DNA of 63,177 nucleotides, filler included, from Pirum gemmata (GCA_002812295.1; 20 parts of 20 records of this genome joined end to end with filler, not necessarily neighbours in it), one strand, 5' to 3'; positions 51,214 to 62,980 are shown, counted from the whole stretch's first letter. Notes: generated by a model from the sequence alone, not told the origin. Numbers and translations: made by a program.

Positions 51214-52545
51214 GAACTATTAACGCTAGCGAGGGTAAAACAAAGTGTGCGCATACAGTATGGGATTTTTTGACTCGTGTAAATCATAATCTATCACCCA
51301 AAACATTGGAAGAAATCAAATTGATGTATGAACGTTGCAAACGCTCATATCTTTATATAAGAAATTCTGAAAATAAGTCACAAAATAATCATAGGCAAAT
51401 ATCATCCACACTGTCAACTTTAACCTCTGCCTCAAATACGTCTTCAACTACAACTGCAGATACTACAACCACGACAACTGCAACTACAGCTACCACAACT
51501 ACAACAACTACTACTACAGCAGCTAAAACTACAACCACAACAGCCACTATTGCTACGGCTACGAGTGGAAACAATAATATTAAGAAATGTGTGTCTTATG
51601 CTACTTTCGAAATAATTCGCACAATTGCAAGTGGTTATTCGAATGGTGTACGACATCGTTGGGCTTCTATTTTTAATAGGGCCGCTAATAATTCTGATAT
51701 AAACGATGAGGATAAGAATATAATTAGAACTGCAAACATTAATCCTAAATCCAGATCAGTATTACGTCAAGCTGTTTTACGCCATGTTGAAAAGATCGAA
51801 AAGATTGCTAAAATGGAGGAACAGGTGAAAATGGAGAGTGAAAGATTAGAAAGAGAAAAATTAGAAATAGAGAGAGAAAAATCGGCAGGAAAACAAAATG
51901 TTTCAACTTCCTCTTGTGCGTATTGCAAAAAACAGAAAAAATCATGTGGACTATTGATCAATAAGAAAACTGGTAAAAAAAACGTAGCTAAACGTGGTTG
52001 CATTGCTTTTATTGACACTAATTTTGATAATAATAACAATAATAATAGCAATGATAGTTATGATATAACTACAACTGTGATGACTACTTCTACTACTACC
52101 TCTACTTCTACTACTACTACTANNNNNNNNNNNNNNNNNNNNNNNNNNNNNNNNNNNNNNNNNNNNNNNNNNNNNNNNNNNNNNNNNNNNNNNNNNNNNN
52201 NNNNNNNNNNNNNTGTGTAACAAAGAATGTGAATTTACTTTTACGTGTAAAACTTGTAAAAGTAAAGTACACAAACAGTGTTCCAACGTTGAAAATGATC
52301 CAGATTATGAAAACATAATATGCAATTCTTGTATGATAAATTCCACAACCACGGAAACAGCTCTAGCTTGTACTGTATGTAACAAAGAAGTAGGAATAGC
52401 ACATAAATGCTCTCAATGTAACAATTATGTCCATTCTTTCTGCTCTGATCATGAGGAAAACCAATCATTGGGAATTATTACCTGCAATAAGTGTCATGAT
52501 GATTATTGTAGTAGTAATAGCAAACGAATGAAAATAAGTAATTAA
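51214..52545 (+). mobile_element. 3' part of a long ORF ending in Cys/His zinc fingers, probably DNA-transposon derived
   Basis: Frame is open from the contig edge (TINASEG...). Contains CAYC...C...C, then two PHD-like fingers (CKTC..VH..C; CTVC...HKCSQC...VHSFC...CNKC) with a frameshift near 52310. No introns. Confidence 0.4.
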
Positions 52546-53199
52546 TGCAGCTGGTGATATTATCTAGAGAATATTCCGATACTATTAGGTAATTAATATA
52601 GCTGGTGATATTATCTAAGAATATATAAATAAACAATAGACCGGTCTATTTATCATATATCGTAAACATACAAGCGTCTTCGGAGCATGTCGGGTCGGCC
52701 TTCGGCCTCCAATATACTATACCCCCATAAACTCTGTAAATATATATCATATTATAAGAGCTATCCATATAACCCACTTTTGCCGGGTCGGTGTGCCGCC
52801 CATTCCTTCATATATCGGATACATATATATATACTGTATATATACATGTATACATACATACGCCTGGCTGTTCAGCGTCCGATCATATCTTTAGCTAGTA
52901 TTCTATACCGGTAGATGAATAACTTCTACCATACGCTGATACGCACTTTAGAAAAGTATGTTGCGTACTAAAATCGACTGAATACAGTAATTTTTTGCAA
53001 AAGAGAGCCCTGCACAATACCTCTGCCCACTCCTGGTAGTAGTTCTAGGTTTAGCACTGGGTTAGCCCTACTCTAGCTCTGTACTCTAGTAGCTAGTGAC
53101 CCTAGTCTAGTTTATCAATAGCTACTATCTATCATAGTCTAGTATGATATTATTAGTGGTCTACCCCAGAAGCACGATATTTTTATTTATAAATGTAAT

Positions 53200-53508
53200 C
53201 CTACCACTCCTTTTTCTCTGACAAAAAAATAATCTATTGGGATAAATAATATCATTTTTGAGGACAGTTGGTAGAACACACACCACCATTATAGACCTCT
53301 AATTGACTGAGAACAATTATCATCTCCCATTACAAAGTAATTTTTCAAAACTGATTCGTAACAAACACAAAAAATGCTTATATCCCTGCCATTCGTTTTC
53401 AAAGCTAATTTATAGTAGTTACTGCACATAACACTGTTGCAAAGTCATAACAGAGCCCGGTAACTTTTAAAAAAAATGTTTATGTCCCAGCTGCAACTTG
53501 AGGCCCAA
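53200..53508 (-). pseudogene. Decayed direct copy of the adjacent gene's coding 3' end
   Basis: TTTTTGAGGA, TAATTGACTGAGAACA, CATTCGTTTTCAAAGCT, AGAGCCCGGTAAC and CCCAGCTGCAAC are colinear with 53623-53827. Confidence 0.8.
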
Positions 53509-53530
53509 ATCACCTGAAGGTAAAAAAGTA

Positions 53531-53952
53531 TCAATTTAAAGCAGCATTCGCATTAACCAATTTTCTACCCCATTCTGTATATTTTCCTTTTTCTTTAAAG
53601 TAAGCAGGCAACGACCACTCACTTTTTGAGGATTTTAAAATACTGTTGGCAGAACACAAAGCACCAATTATAATTGACCGAGAACAGTTGTCACCTCCCA
53701 CAAAAGCATTCGTTTTCAAAGCTGATTCGTAGTCGTCATTGTACATAACACTAATGGCCAAGGCCACGATAAGAGAGCCTGGTAACTCACAAGATAAGCC
53801 TAGGTTCCCAGCCGCAACATTAAGGTCATTTTGACCCTTTTTCCCTACATTGGCCAGGTCCAAAGCACTTTGAGCGAGGCTTACTTCTTCTCTTGGAAAG
53901 CTTTTTTCTTCATTATCAACTATCCATTGTACTGCAGCTGCAGTATTATAAC
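53531..53952 (-). CDS. Last exon of an ADP-ribosylglycohydrolase, SelJ/J1-crystallin-like
   Basis: GLSCELPGS...DYESALKTNAFVGGDNCSRSIIIGAL. Acceptor CTACAG at 53953. Confidence 0.8.
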
Positions 53953-54210
53953 CTGTAGTTAGGTTCACGTTATAATAAACAATAGTAACATAAAAATACG
54001 TTTACGTTAATTAAAATTATTTTAAACGTCTTAACGCTAAAACTTAAAAACTAGATTCATTAAATAAATAAATTAAATAAATTAAATAAAATAAATAAAA
54101 TAAATAAAATNNNNNNNNNNNNNNNNNNNNNNNNNNNNNNNNNNNNNNNNNNNNTTAATTAATTAANNNNNNNNNNNNNNNNNNNNNNNNNNNNNNNNNN
54201 NNNNNNNNNN

Positions 54211-54465
54211 ATTATTATTATTATTGTCATCATTATTTTCTTTAGTTGGTTTTCCCTCACCTTTAGTATTTTTTTCCTTGTAATCAAAAAACTCATCGAT
54301 ATCACCCTTATTGTGGTTTTCATGTCCATTGACTATTCTACCCCTAATCTTTATAGTATTGTTGTTGACATTAACATTTTCACCTTGTTGAGAGTATAAT
54401 ACTAAAACTACAAATATTAACCCCAAAATCCCAATTAAGTTAAAGTTACTTTTCTTTAAAAGCAT
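54211..54465 (-). CDS. 5' end of a type II membrane protein with luminal stem
   Basis: MLLKKSNFNLIGILGLIFVVLVLYSQQ followed by a hydrophilic stem. Truncated by the contig edge. Confidence 0.6.
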
Positions 54466-54765
54466 AATTATTTTTTGTATTTTTTAGAATACCAGAGGAA
54501 TTTTTTAGTTTGTTTTCTAAAAAAATAAATTTTTTTTTATAAGAATAATAAAAAAATAAAAAATAAAATAAAATAATTACATTCCCATTATTTTTATATT
54601 ACACTTTTCTCGATTTATATACATATAATTATACGAAAAAAATAAAAAAATCGATTTTTTTTATAACTTTTTTTTTGTATTTGCTTTTTACCTCTGACAC
54701 TTGCTAAATTATTTTACATTTATGATGCTTTTATGCTGGTAATCATAATGCCATGTTGTTCTTTT

Positions 54766-54804
<39 letters not shown>

Positions 54805-54819
54805 TTGCTAATGTTGTTA

Positions 54820-54922
54820 TGTGATAGTAATAGTAGTATCGATAGTAGTAGCAGTAGCAGCAGCAGCAGTAGTAGTAGTAGTACTAGTAGTAGTAGTAGT
54901 TGTAGTAGTAACTAGTAGTAAT

Positions 54923-54960
<38 letters not shown>

Positions 54961-55074
54961 TAGTAGTAGTAGTAGTAATAGTGGTAGTGGTAGTAGTAGT
55001 AGTAGTAGTGGTGGTGGTGGTGGTGTTAGTAGTAGAAGTAGTGGTGGTGTTAGTAGTAGTAGTGGTGGTGGTGA

Positions 55075-55158
<84 letters not shown>

Positions 55159-55300
55159 NAGTAGTAGTAGTAGTATTAGTAGTAGTAGTAATGCTAGTAG
55201 TAGTTATAGTAGTAGTATTAGTACTAGTAGTAGTATTAGTAGTAGTATTAATGTAAGTAGTAGTAATAGTAGTAGTAGTAGTAGTAGTAGTAGCAGTAGC

Positions 55301-55344
<44 letters not shown>

Positions 55345-55512
55345 ATGAAGTGGTAGTGGTGGTGGTAGTGGTAGTGGTAGTGGTAGTGGTAATAGTAGTA
55401 GTAGTAGTGATAGTAGTAATACTAGTAGTAGTTGTTATGATGGTGGTGGTGATAGCAGCAGCAGTAGTATTAGTAGTGATGGTGGTGGTGTTGGTAGTAT
55501 AAGTAGTAATAA

Positions 55513-55543
<31 letters not shown>

Positions 55544-55630
55544 GGTGGTGGTGGTGGTATAAGTAGTAATGGTGTAGTTTAGTAATAGTGGTAGTGGTGA
55601 TAGTAGGAGTAGGAGGAGTAGCAGCAGGAG
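54820..55630. repeat. (TAG/TGG)n trinucleotide microsatellite
   Basis: Seen directly, with phase slips. Confidence 0.9.
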
Positions 55631-57022
55631 TAGCGGCACTATTTGTAACAAAAAAATATACCAATGGCATTCATACTGCTGCATACTACAACTATTATTC
55701 TGTCATAATTATTCATACATGTATAATATATCAGGGTTAGGGTTAGGGTTAGGGTTAGGGTTAAGGTTAGGGTTAGGGTTAGGGTTAGGGTTAGGGTTAT
55801 GGTTAGGGTTGGGGTTAGGGTTAGGGTTAGGATATGCATACTGAGTTTTCCTCAAGTATTATAGAGCGTCCAATGGGTAGGGGTACTACTAACTAGCTAA
55901 CACTGTATTACTGATAGTGATATTACTAATGAGACTGGTGCTCAAGGAGACTGATGCTGTTCTCATTTCAAAAATAATTTTTTTAACAAATTAGAACTAG
56001 TTTTTTTTTAAAAAAAAAAATATACCATCCAATTGATTTTTGTTATTTTTCATAAATGGCCCAGTCTGGAGATGGGTTAGGGTTAGGGTTAGGGTTAGGG
56101 TTAGGGTTAGGGTTAGGGTTAGGGTTAGGGTTAGGTTAGGGTTAGGGTTAGCTGTTGATCAACTTTATAATAGCTAGACTAGTTAGGGTTAGGGTTAGGG
56201 TTAGGGTTAGGGTTAGGCTAGGCTAGTAAAGGCTAGTAGATAGCCTTCCCCATTCCCCTGACCATTGCCAGATTATTGCCAGATTCCAATCATTCCATTG
56301 CCTCAATATTGCCCCCCCACTACTACTAGCTAGGAGTTAGCTAGGACCCCCGTCTGGTCTATGATAGCTCTGACCGGTAGTAGTGAGTCCAGTCATGGCT
56401 GACGGGCCTGAGTGATGGCTCAAATTTTTAATTCCATTAATAATTATGATTAGTTAAAAAATAATATTGCTGAAATTTTTAAACAAATCAAATGTCTTTA
56501 AAAAAGCCTTTCTGTTCTTTTATGGTTTTTACCCAGCTGTTTTTACCGTGTAATAAATTTACACCAGTTACACAGCAGAACAGTGGTTTTTAGCTTTTTA
56601 CTCTGGTTCTTTAGTAGGAAGCGTTCACATAATACATCACGTCAAGGGGGAGGTAGGTAGGTGGTATTTGACCGGAAATTAACGTCGAGGGGTAGGTAGG
56701 TAGGGGTATTTGAATGTGCCCTTCCAACAGAGCTAATACGTCACAATTAGGTCAAAGCTTCAGTTTCTTTGCATAAAATATACGAAAAAGAGTACCAAAT
56801 TAATACAATGTAAATCCATTTCATTTAATTTGGTATGTTTTATTATCTATTTTTCCATTTAAAAAAGACAATTTAAATATCATAACTAACCAAATAAATA
56901 TTTGGAGTGACAAAAGAAATACCGCTTGCAAAGGGTTCGACCCCCCACCCATGATACTATCACGATACATAATTGAGCTAGTATGATAGGCTCTGGCTAA
57001 TATTCTACCTAAGTGTTCCTGT

Positions 57023-57121
57023 GGATAACTACTACGCTCTCTAGCTAGCTTGATCAAGCTAGAGCGTAGTGGTTATCCCGAAAAGAAGGCTTCGAGGTCC
57101 TCAACTCCCCCCTGCAATCCA
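57023..57121 (+). other. tRNA-like fragment fused to its own inverted copy (hairpin)
   Basis: GGATAACTACTACGCTCT...AGCTTGA|TCAAGCTAGAGCGTAGTGGTTATCC. The right arm resembles a Pol III A-box, and a damaged B-box-like segment and CCA follow. Confidence 0.4.
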
Positions 57122-57892
57122 TACAAAGTAACTTGATCAACTACTTAGNNNNNNNNNNNNNNNNNNNNNNNNNNNNNNNNNNNNNNNNNNNNTTAATTAA
57201 TTAANNNNNNNNNNNNNNNNNNNNNNNNNNNNNNNNNNNNNNNNNNNNTAATAATAATAAGTATAGTAATAATAGTAATAATAATAGTGATAATAACAAT
57301 AATAGTAATAATAATAATAATAATAATATGTAATAATATTCAATAATAATAGTAATACTACTATGTAATAATAATAATAATATGTAATAATAGTAATAAT
57401 ATGTAATAATAATAATAATATGTAATAATGATAATAATATGTAATAATGATAATAATATGCAATAATGATAATAATATGTAATAATAATAATAATATGTA
57501 ATAATAATAATAATAATAATATGTAATGGTAAAGATAATAATAATATGTAACAAAGATAATGATATGTAACAATAATAATAAAAATATACAATAATATTA
57601 ATAAATTGAAATAATAATAATAATAATAATATGTAATAATAATAATAATAATATAATATTGATAATAAAACAGTACCCTGTAGAATCGTAATAATAATAA
57701 TAATATGTAATAATAATAATAATAATATGTAATGATAATAATGATAATAATAAGTAATAAAGATAATGATATGTAACAATAATAATAAAAATATGCAATA
57801 ATATTAATAACATGTAATAATCATAATAATAATAATAATAATAATATGTAATAATAATAATAATAATATAATATTGATAGTAACAACAGTAC

Positions 57893-58410
57893 CCTGTAGA
57901 ATACCAATTAAGCTGGAAAACCCACACCTGATTTTTTTGTGCTGCTTCTTTTAAATCCCAGGACCATTTCAAGATTTGCTGTCTCAAAAATTCATTTTTG
58001 AATATTATCTTGCCATATCCACTATTAAAGCAAATGAATTTATTAATTTCTGGAATTTCCCTTTGTTTATCCTTTTTGTTTCCATCGTTGTAGGTACTAG
58101 AAGGAGTTTCCTCAACAACTGGGGGATTTTTAGGTAGATTGGGTTGGTGTCGATGATAAAAAGGGTTGTTTGTGTGTTTACTATTATCCATAATCTTATT
58201 ATTTTTGTTATTGCTGTTCTTATCGTTGTTGTTATTATTGTTGCTACTGCTGGAGTGGCTACTCAATTTAGAATCCATTCTACAATACCTTGTGCTTCTT
58301 CTTACATCCTTATCATTTTCACAGCCATCGTTATTTACTTTCTCGATGTCATCAATAATATCCAAGTCTTGATCATCGATAACGATGATTTCTGAACCTA
58401 ACATTGCCAT
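57893..58410 (-). CDS. Exon of an unknown protein (Asn-rich linker plus globular segment)
   Basis: Complex peptide KFICFNSGYGKIIF...QVWVFQLNWYST ends at a GT donor before an AT-rich microsatellite. The 5' boundary is uncertain. Confidence 0.5.
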
Positions 58411-60413
58411 CAAAGCCAAAAATGGGAATAGTTAAGGGTGTAATTGAAATTGCAGTTGTTGTTGTAATTGTAATTGTAATTGTAGTTGTAGTTGTAGTTG
58501 TAGTTGTAGTATTTGTTGTTGTGGTTATTATAGTTTTTAGGTGATAAAAAAAATAGTAAAAATTATCATTAGATCGAAGGGGAAGGATTGAATAATTATT
58601 ACGTCACTAAAAACAGTATTGCGTCATAACTGGTTAATTTATTTAATAAAAATTGACATAAAAACTTTTAATTACGTAATATTAATTATTCTTTACTTTC
58701 AACTTCACTGATAAGAGGAATAATATAAAGTATATTATGATGTTGAACTCCCCTTGTCTAAGCTCTTGTCTACCAGTATTTGTGATAAACTTTCAGTGAA
58801 CTTTGGAGTCTTGTCATTTGTGAGTCGTGACTATTGTGAGTCGTGACCCTTGTCCGAATATAACAGTAACCGTTTTATAACTCTTATGTACAATAGATAA
58901 TAATAGTAATAATAATAGTATAATAATAGTTTACTAGTGTAATAATACATGTTCATGTTTTATCACCACCACTAAATCCTTGGTGTTCTTGGCAAATTAC
59001 AATATTCTTTCATATTACGACGAATGCTATCAAACAAGGTAACGAATTTACCATGATCCTTGTGGACTGGACGTGATTCATTTTATAAATTAAATTGTAA
59101 CTTATTATTGTGTATATATTTATAATACATTGGTATCTGTAATAAGACTGTAGTTGGTTGAATAGGGTTAGGGTTAGGAGTGGGTTAGGTATTAGTAAAA
59201 AGCAAATTGATCCTGCTGATTAGATTCTGGTAGTAGTAATACATATTGTAGGGGTTTGTTTTTGGTTACAGGTCTTTGGTTACGTACTTTCTGGATATGA
59301 TACCTACCTATCTCTATCATACTAACTCTATCATAAATATTTTTTGCAAAGCCAAGCAGTCAGGAATAATAACCAAATTTGTTGTTCTTTTAACTAATTT
59401 GAGGTTATTGTAGGATTTTAAATCCTTTTTGGGGATTTTCATTTCGTTTACTGGTATGCCAAAGACTTCACAGAAAGACTGAAACCACTAACTCTGAAAC
59501 CCCATCCTGGGATCGATCCTGGGGTCTTTGTTTCTCTATAAATACTCTCCTTATCACAATGTGAAATTGGAGGGGACGATAAACTTTTTATATTGCGTCA
59601 TATAGTATGCAAGACGCTTTATGTAGTTTCCTAAAGTATATAAAAATGATGTCATTTAATTTATTTTTTAATAAATTTTTTCACCCCTGGCTTTCTTGAT
59701 CAAAATTTTTTTTTGTGGCTGAGGCGAGGTTGTGGGTGGCCACGAAATGGATGTATTAAAAGCCTGGTCCACTAGTCTGTTGATTTTTTAACACCTCTCA
59801 CAACCAAATTTGAATTTATTAAATTCGATCGAGCTAAATCATAATTAAGATTTGATTTGAATATTCTTAACATTTTCGATAAAAAGGGTACAAAAAACGT
59901 CACAGATAGTACACGTGAGAAATCCATATGTATAATAAAATAAAATAGTGTTAGCTAGTCTAGCTAGTAGCTAGCTACAGTTGTCTATAGATCAATAAAA
60001 GACTCAAGTCACTCAATAGTGTATTATGAAAAAACTTGTTATATAAGTGGATATGGATTTTTGTTTCATTTTTTTTTTTAAAAATTATCATTATTATTAT
60101 TATTGTTATTATCGGTATTACTTGTCCTTAATAATAATAATAATAATAATATTGNNNNNNNNNNNNNNNNNNNNNNNNNNNNNNNNNNNNNNNNNNNNTT
60201 AATTAATTAANNNNNNNNNNNNNNNNNNNNNNNNNNNNNNNNNNNNNNNNNNNNTATTATTTTTATTATTATTATTATATGTCATTATCATACTTTTAAA
60301 CTAATAGATAATTAATGAAATAAATAAAAAATACTTCAACAAATAAAATTATCATAATTAATTAATCTTATAATTAACATTATTCATTCATTTATTTTCT
60401 AAATATAATATAG

Positions 60414-61658
60414 TTCTTTCTTATTGTATTTTACGCTATTATACCGGCTTATGTGCAATCTGCTCTCAATGAATTAGATGTATTTGCCAATATGGACGTA
60501 GAGACTCTAAATATAAATGCAATTAACCTTATCTCTGGCGCTTACGACGATGATGTTAACGTAGATTTAGCGGCAACAATTGCTTTAGTTGCCCCTTTTT
60601 CCATACCTGTCACTGCCAACGTAAACGGGTTAGATGCGCGAATCTTGTACCGAAAAAAAGCATTCGTTCGCCAAAGTCTCAATGAAAAGTTAAGTTTAAA
60701 AGGCAGCATAGAACAAGTAACTGCTAACGCAGCAGTTCAAATTATCGATAGGGATGTTCTTATGGAAGTTATGGGAACAACTATGAAAAGTCTTGGTTTA
60801 CCATTTTGGCCTAAAGAAAAACAACCAGAGTTTGATATGGAAATTGATGTTAAAGTAGAGGTTTTGGGTGTTACTTTATACTTACCAACGTTGACTAAAC
60901 ATTTGCCTTTACCAGACTTAACTGTGTTTTTAAAGAGTATTATGGAAAAAATGAAGAATGCTAGACTTAAACTTGATAATATTGGTTTTGGGGAAACGTG
61001 TCCTACGCTAGATATGGCTATGAGGATGAATATATCAAAGGTTTTACCTTTTGATTTTCAGGTTAAGAATTTAGGTGACCTTGAAGCGGTTGTTTCTTCT
61101 TTGGCAAAACAGTTACCAACTATTCCTACTCCTACTCCTACTCCTACTCCTACTCCTACTACTAATAGTACTAATAGTACTAATACCATTCAACCTAAAA
61201 GCACTGACGAAGTGTTAGTCGTAGATAATACTAAATACTTTCGTCGGGCAGTGACCTTTGAATTAACGCAACCAATTAATAGTGACATAGCAGTTAGTAG
61301 TAACCAGAATTATAGCGCTAGTTTAGTATTAGAACAAGACCCACTACCAGGATTGAAGCAACTTTTGTTTTCTCCAAATCAAACGGTTGTTTTAGATTTA
61401 AATTTCGAGAATCCCGCGTTGAAAAAATTGTTTCCAAAAGAACTTTCTATGGATTTGAATAGTTTTCCACTTAAAGGTTTGGTTGATAAAGTATTAAATT
61501 TGATAAAACAAGACGAGTATAAAGATGTTTTGACCGTCAATACAGAGTTTATAGGTGTCTTAACTGCCAATCCTTGTTTTATGCCATTACTTACAAGATT
61601 GGCTGGAGATAACAAAATGCGTAATTTGGTACTTTCTATGCAAGGGATGCTTGGATAA
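60414..61658 (+). CDS. Large exon of a membrane-anchored protein with DUF3712/LEA_2-like beta-rich repeats (tentative family)
   Basis: The acceptor TAG at 60411-60413 is in frame with FFLIVFYAIIPAYVQSALN. Contains PFSIPV and PFDFQV motifs and a PT-repeat linker. Open for over 400 aa. Confidence 0.7.
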   Translation, partial: FFLIVFYAIIPAYVQSALNELDVFANMDVETLNINAINLISGAYDDDVNVDLAATIALVAPFSIPVTANVNGLDARILYRKKAFVRQSLNEKLSLKGSIEQVTANAAVQIIDRDVLMEVMGTTMKSLGLPFWPKEKQPEFDMEIDVKVEVLGVTLYLPTLTKHLPLPDLTVFLKSIMEKMKNARLKLDNIGFGETCPTLDMAMRMNISKVLPFDFQVKNLGDLEAVVSSLAKQLPTIPTPTPTPTPTPTTNSTNSTNTIQPKSTDEVLVVDNTKYFRRAVTFELTQPINSDIAVSSNQNYSASLVLEQDPLPGLKQLLFSPNQTVVLDLNFENPALKKLFPKELSMDLNSFPLKGLVDKVLNLIKQDEYKDVLTVNTEFIGVLTANPCFMPLLTRLAGDNKMRNLVLSMQGMLG

Positions 61659-61705
61659 CTATAACTTTGATTTTGTATAAGTGTTAGTAATAACAAATAA
61701 AAATG

Positions 61706-61746
<41 letters not shown>

Positions 61747-61755
61747 CACTAATAG

Positions 61756-62299
61756 CGACGCAATGTTCATGGTCCTTAAAAAGCAAAGCAAGCGAATTGA
61801 GAACTTTAGGTTATAAAATAATAACCATTGGAGTAGGAAAAAAAATAACAAAAGATTATTTACAATCAATAACTGGAGATGCAGATCAAGTTTTCAAAGT
61901 AAATCAATACAGTAATATTAATACTATCATAAATGGATTAGTAAGTATATCATGTTTTAGTTTACCTCAAATTACAACCGAAGATAAAAAAACAAGCACA
62001 TCTTCAAAACCAACAACACCAACAACACCAACAACACCAACAACACCAACAACACCAACAACACCACCACCACCAACAACAACTACTACTACTACTATAC
62101 CTAAAAATTGTACCGTAGATTGGTCAGAGTGGGGTGATTGTAAAGTTGAATGCATACCCGGAGTCTCGGATACTATTGTTCCAGGTAACCAAACAAGATA
62201 TCATTTAGTTAATGAAAAATGCGTTAGTGAATCAAAAAATTGCGAAAAAAGTTGCGGTGTTGTTGATCAAGACTGTTTAATGTCAAAATGGGTTTCTGA

Positions 62300-62340
<41 letters not shown>

Positions 62341-62684
62341 ATAGCAAAGAAAACTGCGAAAGTGGAACAATGGTATCACAAACAAGAAAAATAATAAAAA
62401 AAGCATCGGGAATAGGTAGAGAGTGCGGGGTAATAACGCGTACAATTAAGTGCGACGAATTGAAATCAGGTCAACATACTGCCGCTGATCAAAGTAATCA
62501 TAACAAAGTTAATACAGGAGCCATTGTTGGTGGTGTGATAGGAGGATTGATTGGTTTAGTTTTGTTAGTTTTAGGATGCTGGTTATTGTATGTGTATTTG
62601 AAAAAAAGAAAAGAAGCTGAACAACAAGAAAAACTACACCCTTTGTTTTTAGATGAGTTAAATAATGAGGGAGAATTAGTGTAA
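61756..62684 (+). CDS. Last exon of a type I adhesion receptor: C-terminal half of vWA, Pro/Thr stalk, two TSP1-like repeats, TM, short acidic tail
   Basis: ASELRTLGYKIITIGVG...YLQSIT...VF (vWA); CTVDWSEWGDC...QTR and DCLMSKW...QTRKI...GREC (TSP1/spondin); GAIVGGVIGG TM; KKRK...HPLF tail. Confidence 0.88.
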
Positions 62685-62980
62685 AAATTTGTTTACGATA
62701 TATTTATTTATTTAGTAACAAAGTCATAATAATAATAATAATAATAATAAAATAATTTAATATGTAATAAAGATAATAATAACAATAATAATAATTAAAA
62801 AATAATAATGATTTAAAATAATTGATATATAAAGAGTAACAAAATAATAATAATAGTAATAATAATAGTAATAATAATAATAATAAAATAATTAAATATT
62901 CAATAAAGATAATAATAATAATAATAATAATTAAATAATAATAATAATAATTTAAAATAATTGATAATATGATACAATGG

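Larger units (their letters stand above)
2900..60254. other. 19 artificial contig-joining spacers (N-run + TTAATTAATTAA + N-run, 100 nt each)
   Basis: The same 12-mer, with stops in all six frames and flanked by Ns, occurs at about 2900, 5928, 8954, 12731, 15725, 18751, 21776, 24800, 27579, 30583, 35293, 38305, 41302, 44267, 47264, 51114, 54111, 57149 and 60155. Confidence 0.97.

Noticed and set aside
54884..55684. 266-aa poly-Thr mucin ORF
   Set aside because: It is a translation of a (TAG)n microsatellite with no credible start, signal peptide or splice context.
58930..59080. Possible HUH/Rep motif II relic (IVICQEHQG...HEHVLLH, minus strand)
   Set aside because: It needs frameshifts to assemble and motifs I and III are not found. 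Too short to support.
2944..60210. Regularly spaced TTAATTAATTAA motif about every 3 kb as a biological signal or nanochromosome boundary
   Set aside because: It is always embedded in N-runs of constant total length, so it is an artificial six-frame-stop linker.
3863..62684. Toxin-like gene, lectin, GPCR and adhesin as one gene cluster
   Set aside because: They are on different contigs joined artificially, so there is no linkage evidence.
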